The notes: generated from the letters alone by a model not told the origin. A stretch of 64,000 bases of DNA from Verrucomicrobiota bacterium (GCA_049510745.1 JBEKYR010000012.1:88267-152266), one strand, 5' to 3'. Counted from the first letter of the stretch, positions 29,366 through 39,866 are shown. Numbers and translations are program-made.

Positions 29366-31468
29366 TTACCGGCTCCCGCTTGGCGCGGCGGGCCGGGGAC
29401 TCTGGGCCGGCAGGCGGCAAATAACATTGTTGACGCTGTCGGCGATGTAGAGATTCCCCTTCGCGTCCACCGCGATGGCGGACGGATCCGCGAACGGGCC
29501 GCCGGCCGCGCCGGTCAACGACACGGGCGGCAGCCTGGTCATCTTGCCGTCCGGCAAGATTTTGTGGAGGCCCGCCGCGTCCGTGACATAGACCGAGCCG
29601 AGGCCATCGACGGCGACGTTCTCCGGAGCGGAAAGAGCCGGGGCAAAAGTGGTGGTTTCACTGGCGGGAGTGATTTTGCGGATGGCGTTGTTGGAACTGT
29701 CGGCGACATAGACGTTGCCGGCGTGATCGACGGCCACCCCGTGCGGATCGCCAAACCGGGCGTAGCCGCCGAAGCCGTTGGCGAAGCCCGGTTTTGCGGG
29801 CGAACCGGCGCAGGTGCTGACCCGGCCGCCGGGTGTGACCTCGCGAATGGTGAAATTGCTTTTGTCGCTGACATAGACGTTGCCCGTGCGGTCCACCGCC
29901 AACGCCCAGGGATTGCGGAAATGGGCGTCGGCGCCGACGCCGTTCTCGCTGCCGGGATAATTGGCCGCGCCGGCCAGGGTCGTGACCGTGCCGTCGGGCG
30001 TGATTTTGCGGATCGTGTCGGTGGCGAATTCGGCCACATAGACGTTGCCCAGGCTGTCCACCGCGATGCCCAGCGGCGCCAGGAAGCGCGCGGCGGCGGC
30101 AGCGCCGTCGGTTTCGCCCGGTTTGCCCGCCGCTCCGGCCACGGTGCTGACCAGGCCGTCGGGCGTGATTTTGCGGATGGTGTTGTTGCCGGTGTCCGCC
30201 ACAAAAAGGTTCCCGGCGCTGTCAACAGCAATTCCGCCCGGCGATTGGAAGCGCGCGGCGGTCCCGGGGCCGTCCGCGCTCCCCGGCGCGCCGAGCCGCC
30301 CGGCGATGATCGGGGACGGGCCGCCTGTCGGGACGGCCGGAAAGCTGGGCTGGATGACTACCGGCGGCGCGGAGGTCGGGACCGGCTGGGCGGGGCGGGC
30401 CACTTTCGCGGGCGGCGCAGGCCAAGTGCTCCACAGCGCCAGCGCCAACAAGGCCAGGCCGGCGGGAATCCAAATGGCGGAAGGAATCCGCCGGACGCGC
30501 CGGACCAGGCCGTGCGGCCCGACCGGCGGTTTGCCTTGTTGGATGCGTTCCAAATCGGCCAGAACGTCGGCCATGTCGGCGTAACGGTCGCGCAATTCGC
30601 GCGCCATGGCGCCTTCGGCCACAGCGGTCAAGCCCGCGTCGGCCGCGGGTTGGCGGGTCTTGATGGGGGTGGGCGGGCCGGCCAGGATTTGGCGGCGGAT
30701 GTCGCTGGTGCTGCGTCCGGCGTAAGGCGGTTCGCCAGTGAGCATTTCGTAGAGCAGCGCGCCAAAGGCGTAAATATCGCAACGGGTGTCCTCCGCGTTG
30801 CCGGCGGCCACCCCCGGGGACATATAGGGGGCGGTGCCTTCGATCTGCTCCCGCTCTACGTCAACAATAGTGTCGTTGAACAAGGTCCGCGCCAGTCCGA
30901 AGTCGGCCAGGCAGGCGGCTTCGCCGGGGCCGAGCAGGATGTTGGCGGGCTTGAGATCGCGGTGAATGATGCCACGGCGATGCGCGAATTGCAGCCCGTC
31001 GGCCACGTGCCGGGCAATCTCCAGGGCCGCGCCGGGCTCGAGGGGTTGTCCGGGCTTGAGGCGCTGGGCCAGGCTGCCGCGCTCAAAGAAGGGCATGACG
31101 AAATAGGGGCCTTGCGCCCGGTCGGAAACTTCCAGGACGGGCACGACGTTTTTGTGGCGCAGCTTTTGCAGGTGGCCGGCTTCCTTGACGAAGCGATGGA
31201 CGATTTGCTGATTGGGCGCCAGCTCGGGCCGGATCATTTTGATGGCAACGTCGCGACCGGTCTCGGTGTCGCGCGCCATGAGAACGACTCCCATGCCGCC
31301 GCCGCCGAGCACGCGCAGCACTTCGTAGCGGGCCAGGGTGGCCAGCAGGCCGGGGCGGCTGGGCGGCGAAAGCAAGCGATGGCCGACCAGTTCGGCAATG
31401 GGTCCGGCGAAGGCCGAAACCGGCGGCGTAAAGGCGGAAGGCTGCTGGTTGGAAGGTTCGTTGCTCAT
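29366..31468 (-). CDS. Hanks-type Ser/Thr kinase with TM helix and extracytoplasmic NHL-repeat beta-propeller
   Basis: GGGGMGVV, VAIK, HRDLKPAN, DFG, GTAPYMSP; repeated GIAVDSAGNLFVADTGNNTIRKITP. Confidence 0.93.
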   Translation of the reverse strand: MSNEPSNQQPSAFTPPVSAFAGPIAELVGHRLLSPPSRPGLLATLARYEVLRVLGGGGMGVVLMARDTETGRDVAIKMIRPELAPNQQIVHRFVKEAGHLQKLRHKNVVPVLEVSDRAQGPYFVMPFFERGSLAQRLKPGQPLEPGAALEIARHVADGLQFAHRRGIIHRDLKPANILLGPGEAACLADFGLARTLFNDTIVDVEREQIEGTAPYMSPGVAAGNAEDTRCDIYAFGALLYEMLTGEPPYAGRSTSDIRRQILAGPPTPIKTRQPAADAGLTAVAEGAMARELRDRYADMADVLADLERIQQGKPPVGPHGLVRRVRRIPSAIWIPAGLALLALALWSTWPAPPAKVARPAQPVPTSAPPVVIQPSFPAVPTGGPSPIIAGRLGAPGSADGPGTAARFQSPGGIAVDSAGNLFVADTGNNTIRKITPDGLVSTVAGAAGKPGETDGAAAAARFLAPLGIAVDSLGNVYVAEFATDTIRKITPDGTVTTLAGAANYPGSENGVGADAHFRNPWALAVDRTGNVYVSDKSNFTIREVTPGGRVSTCAGSPAKPGFANGFGGYARFGDPHGVAVDHAGNVYVADSSNNAIRKITPASETTTFAPALSAPENVAVDGLGSVYVTDAAGLHKILPDGKMTRLPPVSLTGAAGGPFADPSAIAVDAKGNLYIADSVNNVICRLPAQSPRPAAPSGSR

Positions 31469-32010
31469 GGTGTGGCGGCGCTGGCGGGGCCGGGCGGGGA
31501 AAGTTTTTGCAGGCCTTGGGCGAGCAATTGCTGGATGGGCGGATCGACCCACCGCTGGTCTTTGGCCCAAGTGAAGCCCCGCCGCAATTCCGCGTCGTTA
31601 AGCTGGGAAATCCGCTGGTCCAGCCGCACCAACCCGGCGGCGATGCTGGTGTAATAGAGCACGGCGGCCACTTCCTTGGGCAGGATGCTGTCCGGGTGGT
31701 CCATGTTGGTCTTGGCGAATTCCTTTGTCAGCGTGAGCAATTCGACCGGCGGGACGGGGTGAAGGAACAACTCCAAAAAACTTTTCAGCAGCAGGCTCTG
31801 GGCGTTGCTGAGCGTCTTGAGGCGGCCCGCGGTGGCCGGATCGAATCCGCCCAGGTCCACCAGGATGGGAGCCGAGAGTTGATGGCGGAAAATGGCGCCC
31901 AACTCGTCGGTACGCCAGAGCCGGGCGCGCTCGTCCCCCGCCGCCATGAAGGCGGCAAGGCTTTTGGGCGCGCTCTTGGACAAAGCGTCGGCGGTGTCAA
32001 ATTCGGACAT
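31465..32010 (-). CDS. Hypothetical 181-aa helical protein between the sigma factor and the kinase
   Basis: ATGA overlap with the kinase start. Confidence 0.7.
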   Translation of the reverse strand: MSEFDTADALSKSAPKSLAAFMAAGDERARLWRTDELGAIFRHQLSAPILVDLGGFDPATAGRLKTLSNAQSLLLKSFLELFLHPVPPVELLTLTKEFAKTNMDHPDSILPKEVAAVLYYTSIAAGLVRLDQRISQLNDAELRRGFTWAKDQRWVDPPIQQLLAQGLQKLSPPGPASAATP

Positions 32011-32104
32011 ATAACTTGGACAGGCTCGACCCGCCTTTGGGCGGATTTGTCCCCTCGATTGCCAATACGGCCCGCTGGATGGAATCTTGCGCGCGCATTT
32101 TCAT

Positions 32105-32842
32105 TCAAGTTCGCCCGGCCAGCCCCGTGACAAATTGCTCCAGCGCCTGGATTTCCGCCGCCGCGGCGGCGTCCTGCCCGGCGTAATCCTTGATCACGCG
32201 GGTCAGGTGCGCCTTGAAAATCCGTTTGGCGGTCAGGAGCATGTTCGAGGCGTCGGTCGGGGATTTGAGGCCGAAGCGCTCGATCAACTGTTCATAAGGC
32301 GGCTGGGGAGCGTCGTTGAAGATCGGCTCCAGCAGTCGGATACGGAACATCTCCCAGATGTGGCGGCGGCGGGGCTGCTCGGCGGACGGGTCTTTGCAAT
32401 CGGCCTCCATGCGGCGCAAGGTCTCGGCCAGCACGGTGCGGACCCAAGTCAAGTCAAATTCCTCCGCCGGCGCCTCCGGGCCGGGCAATTCCGCCTCCAA
32501 CTCGTCGAGCGAAACGGGCGGGCGCTTCACCTCCGCGCGGTCCAGGCGGTCGAGGACGAAATTGCGCAGGCTGGTTTTGAGAAAATCGCGGAACTGGCCG
32601 CGCTCTCGATCGGCGCGTTGCAGCCAGCCTTTTTTGAGGATTTTATCCTCGGCGAACTCCTGCAGGAGGATGTCCCACTGGTCTTTGAGGCTGGGGAAGG
32701 AGGCGGCCAGGTAGATTTTGAGCGGCGGCCAATAAAGGCGGATGAGGCGGTCCAGCCGGGCCTCGTCGGCCTCGGCCGCCTTCCCCAACTCCGTCCAATC
32801 GGTGCGCGGGAAGATGGAACTGGCTGTTGAATCGGAAGACAT
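32105..32842 (-). CDS. ECF-type sigma-70 factor (F..T.W N-terminus, PVC/kinase-associated type)
   Basis: FPRTDWT, LYWPPL, ADRERGQFRDFLKTSLRNF, FDLTW. Confidence 0.8.
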   Translation of the reverse strand: MSSDSTASSIFPRTDWTELGKAAEADEARLDRLIRLYWPPLKIYLAASFPSLKDQWDILLQEFAEDKILKKGWLQRADRERGQFRDFLKTSLRNFVLDRLDRAEVKRPPVSLDELEAELPGPEAPAEEFDLTWVRTVLAETLRRMEADCKDPSAEQPRRRHIWEMFRIRLLEPIFNDAPQPPYEQLIERFGLKSPTDASNMLLTAKRIFKAHLTRVIKDYAGQDAAAAAEIQALEQFVTGLAGRT

Positions 32843-32970
32843 AGTCGCCCGCGGAGTATTGAAGGGGAGACAGCGAGCCGGGGCAAGCGCAATTCCGGGG
32901 GACGCATCCCGGTTTGTGGCAACCATATTGTCAATGAGAGGCACTGGCCGGCCGCAGACAGGCCCACAAG

Positions 32971-33100
32971 AATGACGAATGTCTAAGCTCGAATGACGAA
33001 ACAATGACGAAGCTCGAATGACGAAACTCATGCGGGTGCAGTTTTCGCCATTGGGTCATTGGAGCATTCTTTAGACATTCGAGCTTAGGCATTAGTCATT
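32971..33100. repeat. Intergenic inverted repeat built from AATGACG-type units
   Basis: AATGACGAATGTCTAAGCTCGAATG... pairs with ...CATTCGAGCTTAGGCATTAGTCATT. Confidence 0.85.
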
Positions 33101-33233
33101 TTCCCCGGTTGATCGCGGCTTGCCGTCCAGCGGCACTGACGAGTGTCCAAGAAGTGATGCGCCCCAACTCAGTTTTCGAAGGTCGTTGTTCGTGACTTTT
33201 GCCCGGCAGAGCGGTCTAATTGCATGGTAGGAT

Positions 33234-34976
33234 ATGAAGGCTGCGAGTCTGGCAAATTTTGCGAGGCGGCGGGGCCGAATGGGGCTGGCCGTCGCATTGG
33301 TTGCGGCAGTGGCCGCTCTCTGCTGGTGGACGGGCTTGTTTGAACGGGAACCTTCCTATCAAGGGAAGACCGCCACTCAATGGCTGGAATCGGTCCAGAA
33401 CGGCGGAGGTTGGGCGGCGGCTACGGCGGCCTTCAGGTCAATGGGTCCAAAGGGTGTGCGTTTTCTCGCGCGGACATTGGAGAAAAAGCCAGTTCAAATG
33501 CCTGCGAGCGTCGAGAGGTTTATTAACTCACTTGAGCTCCCCGAATGGGCCAATCCGACGTGGCGAATGGACTACAATGCAGCACATTTAGGTTACCGTC
33601 AGGAAGCTGCGGCGAATATCCTTCAGCGCTTGGGAAGCGATGCAGCGCCTGCAATTCCCACCTTGGTGCGCATGTTCCGTCATCGTAAGGCAAACGAGTC
33701 GAACGGGTTCGCGTACCTGATGGCGCCAATGGCAGACAAGCTTGAATTCATGGTGCCGGAACTGATCAAGGATTTGGACCAAAATAAACCGGGCAACATC
33801 CGGCCCATCGAGGACATCAAGCTTCTTGCCGCGATCGGCCCCAAGGCGGAAGATGCCATTCCGGTTCTGTCGAAAATAGCGCAGTCCGGAAACGGTTGGG
33901 TGGAGCTGCCCGCGGCGGTTGCGCTCTGGAACATCGCTCGCGAGACGAACGAGTTAATCCGATGCATCTCAAACACTCTGAGGGGGCGTGGTGACTTGAC
34001 TTTCTCTGCGCTGCCCGAGTTGCGCGACTGCGTTCCTCCTCCGCAACCGATGATCCCTCTGCTGGAGAACGCTTTACGCCACCCGATGCCACGGGTACGT
34101 CAGGACGCTGCATCTCTGATCGAGAAAATCGATCCCGACCGGTTACGGCGGATTGCGGAAGAATTGAACAGGCATCAAGCCGAGCTTTTTCAGGAACACT
34201 TGAAGTTATTGGAAAGCTCCAACGATCTGGATCGCTTGACCGCCATCGAGGCGATACAATTCATGGGACCCCAAGCCATAAGCGCCGTCTCACGCCTGGC
34301 CCAAATTATTTGTCGCCAGCAGCGCAGCCCTTTAATGGCCAATACTTTCGTCGCTTCGGGCCTGGATGTGTTCGGGGCATTCCGAGCTTTGCGGGAAATT
34401 GGTCATGGCGGCGCCGCTGCCACCCCGATTCTCATTGGGTTGCTTCAGACTAACACTGATTTGGCCCCTTCGGTCTTCGACACTCTGTCGAGTTTTGGCG
34501 TCGACGCTGCGGCGGCGATTCCCGCCGTGCGCGCATTTATGGCGACGAACACCGGCCCCGCGCGTTTTCAAGCGGCGCTGGCGTTGGCTGCCATCGACCC
34601 GGGCGATACCAACGCAGTTGCGATTATTCGCGAGCTCACAACCTCCCAGCCTCATTACTGGGGAGGCCGGATTGTGCCCAGCGATCCAACGACGCGCCTC
34701 TTTGCCTCCGTCTCATTATGGAAGCTTGGTCTGGAAACGAATCCACCGGTGGACGAACTGATTGCCCATGCGACGAACTATAATGGCGGCTGGGCTATCA
34801 ACTTATTGGGGGACATCGGTCCTTCGGCGAGAAAGGCGTTGCCGTTTTTGGAGCAGAAGTTAGACCCGTTAATCCCGTCGCTTGATATAGCCATCGCCAT
34901 CCGCAAGATCGATCCCGAGGAAGCGAAGCGTCTTGGCTTGCCCGGCCTGTTGATCATCTGCCCGGACAAGTATTAG
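33234..34976 (+). CDS. HEAT-repeat protein with N-terminal TM anchor
   Basis: EPSYQGK..QWL; repeated LxxIGPxAxxAIPxL units. Confidence 0.8.
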   Translation: MKAASLANFARRRGRMGLAVALVAAVAALCWWTGLFEREPSYQGKTATQWLESVQNGGGWAAATAAFRSMGPKGVRFLARTLEKKPVQMPASVERFINSLELPEWANPTWRMDYNAAHLGYRQEAAANILQRLGSDAAPAIPTLVRMFRHRKANESNGFAYLMAPMADKLEFMVPELIKDLDQNKPGNIRPIEDIKLLAAIGPKAEDAIPVLSKIAQSGNGWVELPAAVALWNIARETNELIRCISNTLRGRGDLTFSALPELRDCVPPPQPMIPLLENALRHPMPRVRQDAASLIEKIDPDRLRRIAEELNRHQAELFQEHLKLLESSNDLDRLTAIEAIQFMGPQAISAVSRLAQIICRQQRSPLMANTFVASGLDVFGAFRALREIGHGGAAATPILIGLLQTNTDLAPSVFDTLSSFGVDAAAAIPAVRAFMATNTGPARFQAALALAAIDPGDTNAVAIIRELTTSQPHYWGGRIVPSDPTTRLFASVSLWKLGLETNPPVDELIAHATNYNGGWAINLLGDIGPSARKALPFLEQKLDPLIPSLDIAIAIRKIDPEEAKRLGLPGLLIICPDKY

Positions 34977-34979
34977 CCT

Positions 34980-35477
34980 TTATTTCCGGCCGCGAAAAGG
35001 CATCAGCCCGAAATGCAGGGCCAGCCAGATGGGCGGGGCGAAAATCACCACGGCCACCAAGCGGGCCAATGTCCAGTTCAGAAAGTGGGCCTGCATCGGG
35101 AAGATCGTGATCATGAAATAATTGGCGAAACGCGTGTGGCCGAGGAAACGGCCATGTTTGGGGAACCGCTTGCGCACGCCGCTCAGAAGCGCCACCACTC
35201 CGATTGTCAATACTAGCACAGTAACCAGCAGATTGATGGGCAGGGAGGCGTGGGATTCCGGCGGGTGGACGGGCGCGGGGCGCGGCGCGAAAAGCCATTG
35301 CAGACCCGCCCAGAGAAAACTGAACCCGGTCTGGAGCGCGGTGCGGAAATTGGCCTTGGTCGGCGCGGTTTCGTTCAGGAGCAGGCCAAAATAAAGGGGC
35401 ACGATGCCCCAAATCAATTGGAGGTGCTCGAACGGCGTCACAATCAATCGCACAAACACGGACCAGTAAAAATGCAT
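34980..35477 (-). CDS. Hypothetical integral membrane protein
   Basis: MHFYWSVF start; several TM segments. Confidence 0.6.
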   Translation of the reverse strand: MHFYWSVFVRLIVTPFEHLQLIWGIVPLYFGLLLNETAPTKANFRTALQTGFSFLWAGLQWLFAPRPAPVHPPESHASLPINLLVTVLVLTIGVVALLSGVRKRFPKHGRFLGHTRFANYFMITIFPMQAHFLNWTLARLVAVVIFAPPIWLALHFGLMPFRGRK

Positions 35478-35570
35478 AACTTGCCCCAACGCTAAAACGT
35501 CCGGCTCCGCGCGGAAAGCATTCAGTGCGGGCTGTCCCAAATCCTCGTAAGACGGGCGCGAAACATTCAG

Positions 35571-35707
35571 GGGAGTACGCGCGCCCTCGCGTGTCGTGGC
35601 CGGCGCCCTCGCCGGCCACATCTTTGAATCTTATACACTTCCTATGGAATTTGGGGATGCCATCGGCGAGGGCGCCGATGGCGACACGCGCGGGCGCGTG
35701 TGCTCCC
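35571..35707. repeat. REP-like doublet: two inverted ~49-bp palindromic units
   Basis: GGGAGTACGCGCGCCCTCGCGTGTCGTGGCCGGCGCCCTCGCCGGCCAC versus the reverse complement of the right unit GGGAGCACACGCGCCCGCGCGTGTCGCCATCGGCGCCCTCGCCGATGGC. Confidence 0.85.
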
Positions 35708-35802
35708 GATCCGCAGCCGTCCTTTCGTTACGCGAGGATCAAGGGCTGTTTTCTTAACTTGACCGGAGGCTGCAATGGCGTTTGGATGGCGGCGCTTATC
35801 TT

Positions 35803-37104
35803 ATGAAGATTCTCAAATGGGCCGTGTTGGGCGGCGCGTTGTCCTTCGTTTTCGCCGGGTGCCTGGCGCGGCACGAGACCGGCTTTGTCCCGCTGTTCGA
35901 CGGCAAAACGCTCCATGGCTGGACGGAAATGCACAAGACGCCCGGCCCTTCCTATTTTGTCACCAATGGCGTCATTGCGTCGCCCCCGAACGCGGCCAAC
36001 GATCTGGTCACCGACCAGGCGTTTGGCGATTTTATTCTGCGCATGGATTTCAAATTGACTCCCGGCGCCAACAACGGGGTCGGCATCCGGGTCCCGTTCG
36101 AGACCAACGATCTGACTTATTCGGGCAACGAGGTGCAGATTCTCGATGATGACGACGCGCAATACGCGCACCTGGATCCGGGCCAGTATTGCGGTTCGCT
36201 TTACAAGGTTTTCCCCGCCAGGCGCGGCGCGCTGAACAAGGCGGGCGAGTGGAACCATTATGAAATCAGCGTTCTTGGCCGCCATATCGAAGTTGTGCTG
36301 AACGGCCAGACCATCGTGGACGGCAACATGAATGAGGTGACGGACCGGGAAGTGTTGCGCGGCCATCCCGGCCTGTTGCGCGATCGCGGGCACATCGCGC
36401 TGCTGGGCCACTGGAGCTATTGCGAATTCCGCGACATTTTCATCAAGGAATTTCCACGCGCCGAACGGGAGAACACGCCGCCGGAAGGGTTCACGGCTCT
36501 TTTTGACGGACACGATCTGGCCGGCTGGAAGGGCCTGGTCGCCGATCCTCCGGCGCGCGCGAAAATGCCGCCGGACGAGCTGGCCGCCGCCCAAGCCCGG
36601 GCCGACGAGCGGATGCGCGCGCATTGGAAGGCCGCCGGCGGCCTGCTGGTCTTCGACGGCCACGGCGACAACCTTTGCACGGCGCGCGATTACGGCGATT
36701 TCGAGATGTTGGTGGATTGGAAAATTCCGCCCAAGGGGGACAGCGGCATTTATTTGCGCGGCACGCCGCAGGTGCAAATCTGGGAGACGAACAGCCCCGG
36801 ACAATTCCCCGCGCCCGACGGCTCCGGGGGCCTCTGGAACAACCGGAAGAATAACCGGCACCCGCTGAAATATGCCGATCACCCGGTCGGCCAGTGGAAT
36901 CGGTTCCGCATTCTCATGGTGGGCGGGCAGGCGCATGTGTTTCTGAACGGAGAGTTGGTGGTGCGCGACACGACGCTGGAGAATTATTGGGAGCCGGACA
37001 AGCCGATTTATCCGACGGGCCAGATCGAATTGCAGAACCACGGCGGGCCGCTTTGGTTCAAGAACATCTACCTCCGGGAAATCCCGCCCGCGCCGGCGCG
37101 ATAA
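35803..37104 (+). CDS. Tandem DUF1080 (3-keto-disaccharide hydrolase-like) lipoprotein
   Basis: FAGC lipobox; two LFDG..L.GW domains; GHIALLGH and GQIELQNHG...FKNIYLREI. Confidence 0.88.
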   Translation: MKILKWAVLGGALSFVFAGCLARHETGFVPLFDGKTLHGWTEMHKTPGPSYFVTNGVIASPPNAANDLVTDQAFGDFILRMDFKLTPGANNGVGIRVPFETNDLTYSGNEVQILDDDDAQYAHLDPGQYCGSLYKVFPARRGALNKAGEWNHYEISVLGRHIEVVLNGQTIVDGNMNEVTDREVLRGHPGLLRDRGHIALLGHWSYCEFRDIFIKEFPRAERENTPPEGFTALFDGHDLAGWKGLVADPPARAKMPPDELAAAQARADERMRAHWKAAGGLLVFDGHGDNLCTARDYGDFEMLVDWKIPPKGDSGIYLRGTPQVQIWETNSPGQFPAPDGSGGLWNNRKNNRHPLKYADHPVGQWNRFRILMVGGQAHVFLNGELVVRDTTLENYWEPDKPIYPTGQIELQNHGGPLWFKNIYLREIPPAPAR

Positions 37105-37223
37105 GGCATCGCGTCACGCGCTATCGGCGGCAAATAAACCGACATGACTCCATCGTGCGGCGGGCTTGCCCGAAGCAAAGTTTGTTCTTGCGCGCGCCGT
37201 GTCTTTAATGTAGATACGTCAGA

Positions 37224-37466
37224 ATGAAAACGGCGGTTCAAAAATGGGGCAACAGCCTGGCCATCCGCATTCCGCGCGCCTTCGCCCAGGAAACCCGCCT
37301 GGACAGCGGCACCGAGGTTGATCTGCGGTTGAAATCGGGCAAGCTGGTAGTCAGCCGCCTGTCAAAGAAACGCGAGGGTTTGCGTTCGTTGCTCGACCGG
37401 GTTCGGAAGTCGAATCGGCATGGGGAAACCGACTGGGGCGGGCCGATGGGGCGGGAGGTTTGGTGA
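37224..37466 (+). CDS. mazE: MazE/AbrB antitoxin (orphan)
   Basis: VQKWGNSLAIRIP...ETDWGGPMGREVW. Confidence 0.9.
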   Translation: MKTAVQKWGNSLAIRIPRAFAQETRLDSGTEVDLRLKSGKLVVSRLSKKREGLRSLLDRVRKSNRHGETDWGGPMGREVW

Positions 37467-37495
37467 AGGCGGGATACTTTCCAAATTTTGATTGA
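37463..37495 (+). pseudogene. Stub of mazF-like toxin (MKAGYFP then stop)
   Basis: GTGA overlap with the mazE stop, the usual toxin start position; reads only VKAGYFPNFD*. Confidence 0.45.
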
Positions 37496-37546
37496 CGAAC
37501 AAACAGACGACCCCGATCAAGTTTGATTATCTTATCCGGCGAATCC

Positions 37547-39190
37547 CTACGGCGTCGCCTTCTGTTTTCGGTAGCGGCGGATCAAGTTGTTCGTGGAACT
37601 GTCGTGCTTGAGCCGGGGGGTTGCCGGGCTTTCCAGTTCGGGAATGATGCGCTGGGCCAGCACCTTGCCCAACTCGACGCCCCACTGGTCGAACGAGTCC
37701 AGATTCCAAAGCACGCCCTGCGTGAAAACACTGTGCTCGTAAAGGGCGATCAGTTGGCCGAGCGTTTCCGGCGTGAGCCGCCCGGCGAGGATCATGTTCG
37801 ACGGGCGGTTGCCCTCGAAGACGCGGTGCGGCGCCAGCCAGTCCGGCGTGCCCTCGGCTTTGACTTCGTCCAGCGTCTTGCCGAAAGCCAGCGCCTCGGC
37901 CTGGGCAAAGACGTTCGCCAAAAGGATGTCATGGTGCCGCCCCAGCGGGGTGAGCGCGTGGGCGAAGGCGATGAAGTCGCACGGGATGAGCCGGGTGCCC
38001 TGATGGATCAACTGGTAAAACGAATGTTGGCCGTTGGTGCCGGGTTCGCCCCAGTAGATCGGGCTGGTCTGGTAATTGATTTTCTTCCCGTCGAGCGTGA
38101 CGTGCTTGCCGTTGCTCTCCATCGTCAACTGTTGCAGATACGCCGGGAACCGCTTCAGATATTGCTCGTAGGGCAAAACCGCCACGCTCTCCGCGCCGAG
38201 GAAGTCGTTGTTCCAGACCGACAGCAGCCCCAGGAGGGCCGGCAGGTTTTTCTCGAACGGCGCGGCGCGAAAGTGCTCGTCCATCTGGTGAAATCCGTGG
38301 AGCATCGCGCGAAAGTTTTCCGGTCCTATGGCCAGCATCGTGGAAAGGCCGATGGCTGAGTCCATGGAGTAACGCCCGCCCACCCAGTCCCAGAATCCAA
38401 ACATGTTGGCCGTGTCAATGCCGAAGGCGGAGACCTTTTCGGCATTGGTCGAAACCGCGACAAAGTGCTTGGCCACGGCCTTGGTGTCCGCGCCGCGTCC
38501 GGCCAGGAGCCAGGCGCGCGCGCTTTGGGCGTTGGTCATCGTCTCCAGCGTCGTGAAGGTTTTTGAAGAAACGATGAACAGTGTCTCGGCCGGATCAACG
38601 TCGCGGGTCGCCTCAACAAAATCGATGCCATCGACGTTGGAAACAAACCGGAACGCCAGGTTGCGCCGGCTGTAATGCTTGAGCGCTTCGCAGGCCATCA
38701 CCGGGCCAAGATCGGAGCCGCCGATGCCGATGTTAATGACGTTGCGGATCGGCCTGCCGGTGTGGCCCTTCCACTGCCCGTCGCGAACGCGCCTCGAAAA
38801 GCCGGCCATCTTGTCAAGCACCGCGTGGACTTCCGGCACGACGTTCCTGCCGTCCACGAAAATGGAAGCACCTTTGGGGGCGCGCAGGGCGACGTGCAGG
38901 ACGGCGCGGTTTTCCGTCAGATTGATCCTGTCGCCCCGGAACATGGCCTCCGTCCTCTCCCGCAAGCCGGACTCCTCCGCCAAATTGAAGAGCAGTTGGA
39001 GGGTTTCGTCGGTGACGCGGTTTTTCGAGTAGTCAAGAAAAAGGCCCGCCGCCTCGGCGGTCAGGCGCCGGCCGCGTTTGGGGTCCGCGGCGAAAAGCTG
39101 GCGGAGATGGACGGTTCGGACTTTCTGGAAGTGGCGGGCGAGGTCTTTCCAGGCCTTGCGTTTGGTCAAGGGTTGAACGGGGGCTTTCAT
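37547..39190 (-). CDS. pgi: Glucose-6-phosphate isomerase
   Basis: [33 protein letters not shown]. Confidence 0.99.
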   Translation of the reverse strand: MKAPVQPLTKRKAWKDLARHFQKVRTVHLRQLFAADPKRGRRLTAEAAGLFLDYSKNRVTDETLQLLFNLAEESGLRERTEAMFRGDRINLTENRAVLHVALRAPKGASIFVDGRNVVPEVHAVLDKMAGFSRRVRDGQWKGHTGRPIRNVINIGIGGSDLGPVMACEALKHYSRRNLAFRFVSNVDGIDFVEATRDVDPAETLFIVSSKTFTTLETMTNAQSARAWLLAGRGADTKAVAKHFVAVSTNAEKVSAFGIDTANMFGFWDWVGGRYSMDSAIGLSTMLAIGPENFRAMLHGFHQMDEHFRAAPFEKNLPALLGLLSVWNNDFLGAESVAVLPYEQYLKRFPAYLQQLTMESNGKHVTLDGKKINYQTSPIYWGEPGTNGQHSFYQLIHQGTRLIPCDFIAFAHALTPLGRHHDILLANVFAQAEALAFGKTLDEVKAEGTPDWLAPHRVFEGNRPSNMILAGRLTPETLGQLIALYEHSVFTQGVLWNLDSFDQWGVELGKVLAQRIIPELESPATPRLKHDSSTNNLIRRYRKQKATP

Positions 39191-39191
39191 G

Positions 39192-39632
39192 TCAAAGGAT
39201 TTTCTCCACTATTTCCACGACCGTTTGCACACAGCCTTTGCAGGTCTTGTGCAGGAGATCGTTCTCCTTGAAGTATCGCTGTCCGCTTGGGGTGTTGAGG
39301 TCGCACCCGTTGAGCAAGGTGCGGCAGAGGCATGTGCCGTGCTTGGATTCAAATTGCGACATGAGTTCCCGCACCTTCCGATAGGTTTCCTCAGTCACCG
39401 TCCTCTCCTGTCCCTCGCCGCGTCCGTGCTTGAGTCCGAGGGTGATTATGCCCCCGCTGATCGCGCCGCAAACCTCTTGCTTTCGCGCCATCCCGGCCCC
39501 GAACCCGCAGGCCAGTCTCAGGGCGGTATCCTTATTGACGCCGAGATCATCGCAAAACGAGTAGAGAACCGCTTGCGCGCAGTTGTAGCCGGAGAGAAAC
39601 TTCTCCGCGGCAATATCACTTCTTGTGCTCAT
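39192..39632 (-). CDS. C-GCAxxG-C-C family putative redox protein
   Basis: [30 protein letters not shown]. Confidence 0.9.
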   Translation of the reverse strand: MSTRSDIAAEKFLSGYNCAQAVLYSFCDDLGVNKDTALRLACGFGAGMARKQEVCGAISGGIITLGLKHGRGEGQERTVTEETYRKVRELMSQFESKHGTCLCRTLLNGCDLNTPSGQRYFKENDLLHKTCKGCVQTVVEIVEKIL

Positions 39633-39789
39633 AGGATTCCTTGCTCCGAACAGGTATTGAGCGGCGAAAACGCCGCACCGGGAGAAGATGTGGAGGCGGC
39701 GGCGCGGAATCAAGCGTGAAGTGCGATTTCGTTTCTTTATCCCCTTGCAAAAATCGCTTCCCTTTCGCATCGGCCTGTGCGAAAAGAGG

Positions 39790-39866
39790 AACGGCAATGG
39801 GGTTTGCCGTCTCGCTTTGTGGCGGGAGAACCGCCTGAGAGGCTTTCAGAGCTGATGACTCCTGCC
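39790..39866 (+). promoter_or_regulatory. Fluoride riboswitch (crcB motif)
   Basis: GGCAATGGGGTTTGCC...AACCGC...GCTGATGACTCCTGC matches the consensus GGCGAUGGxGUUCGCC...GCUGAUGACxCCU; lies directly upstream of crcB. Confidence 0.92.
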
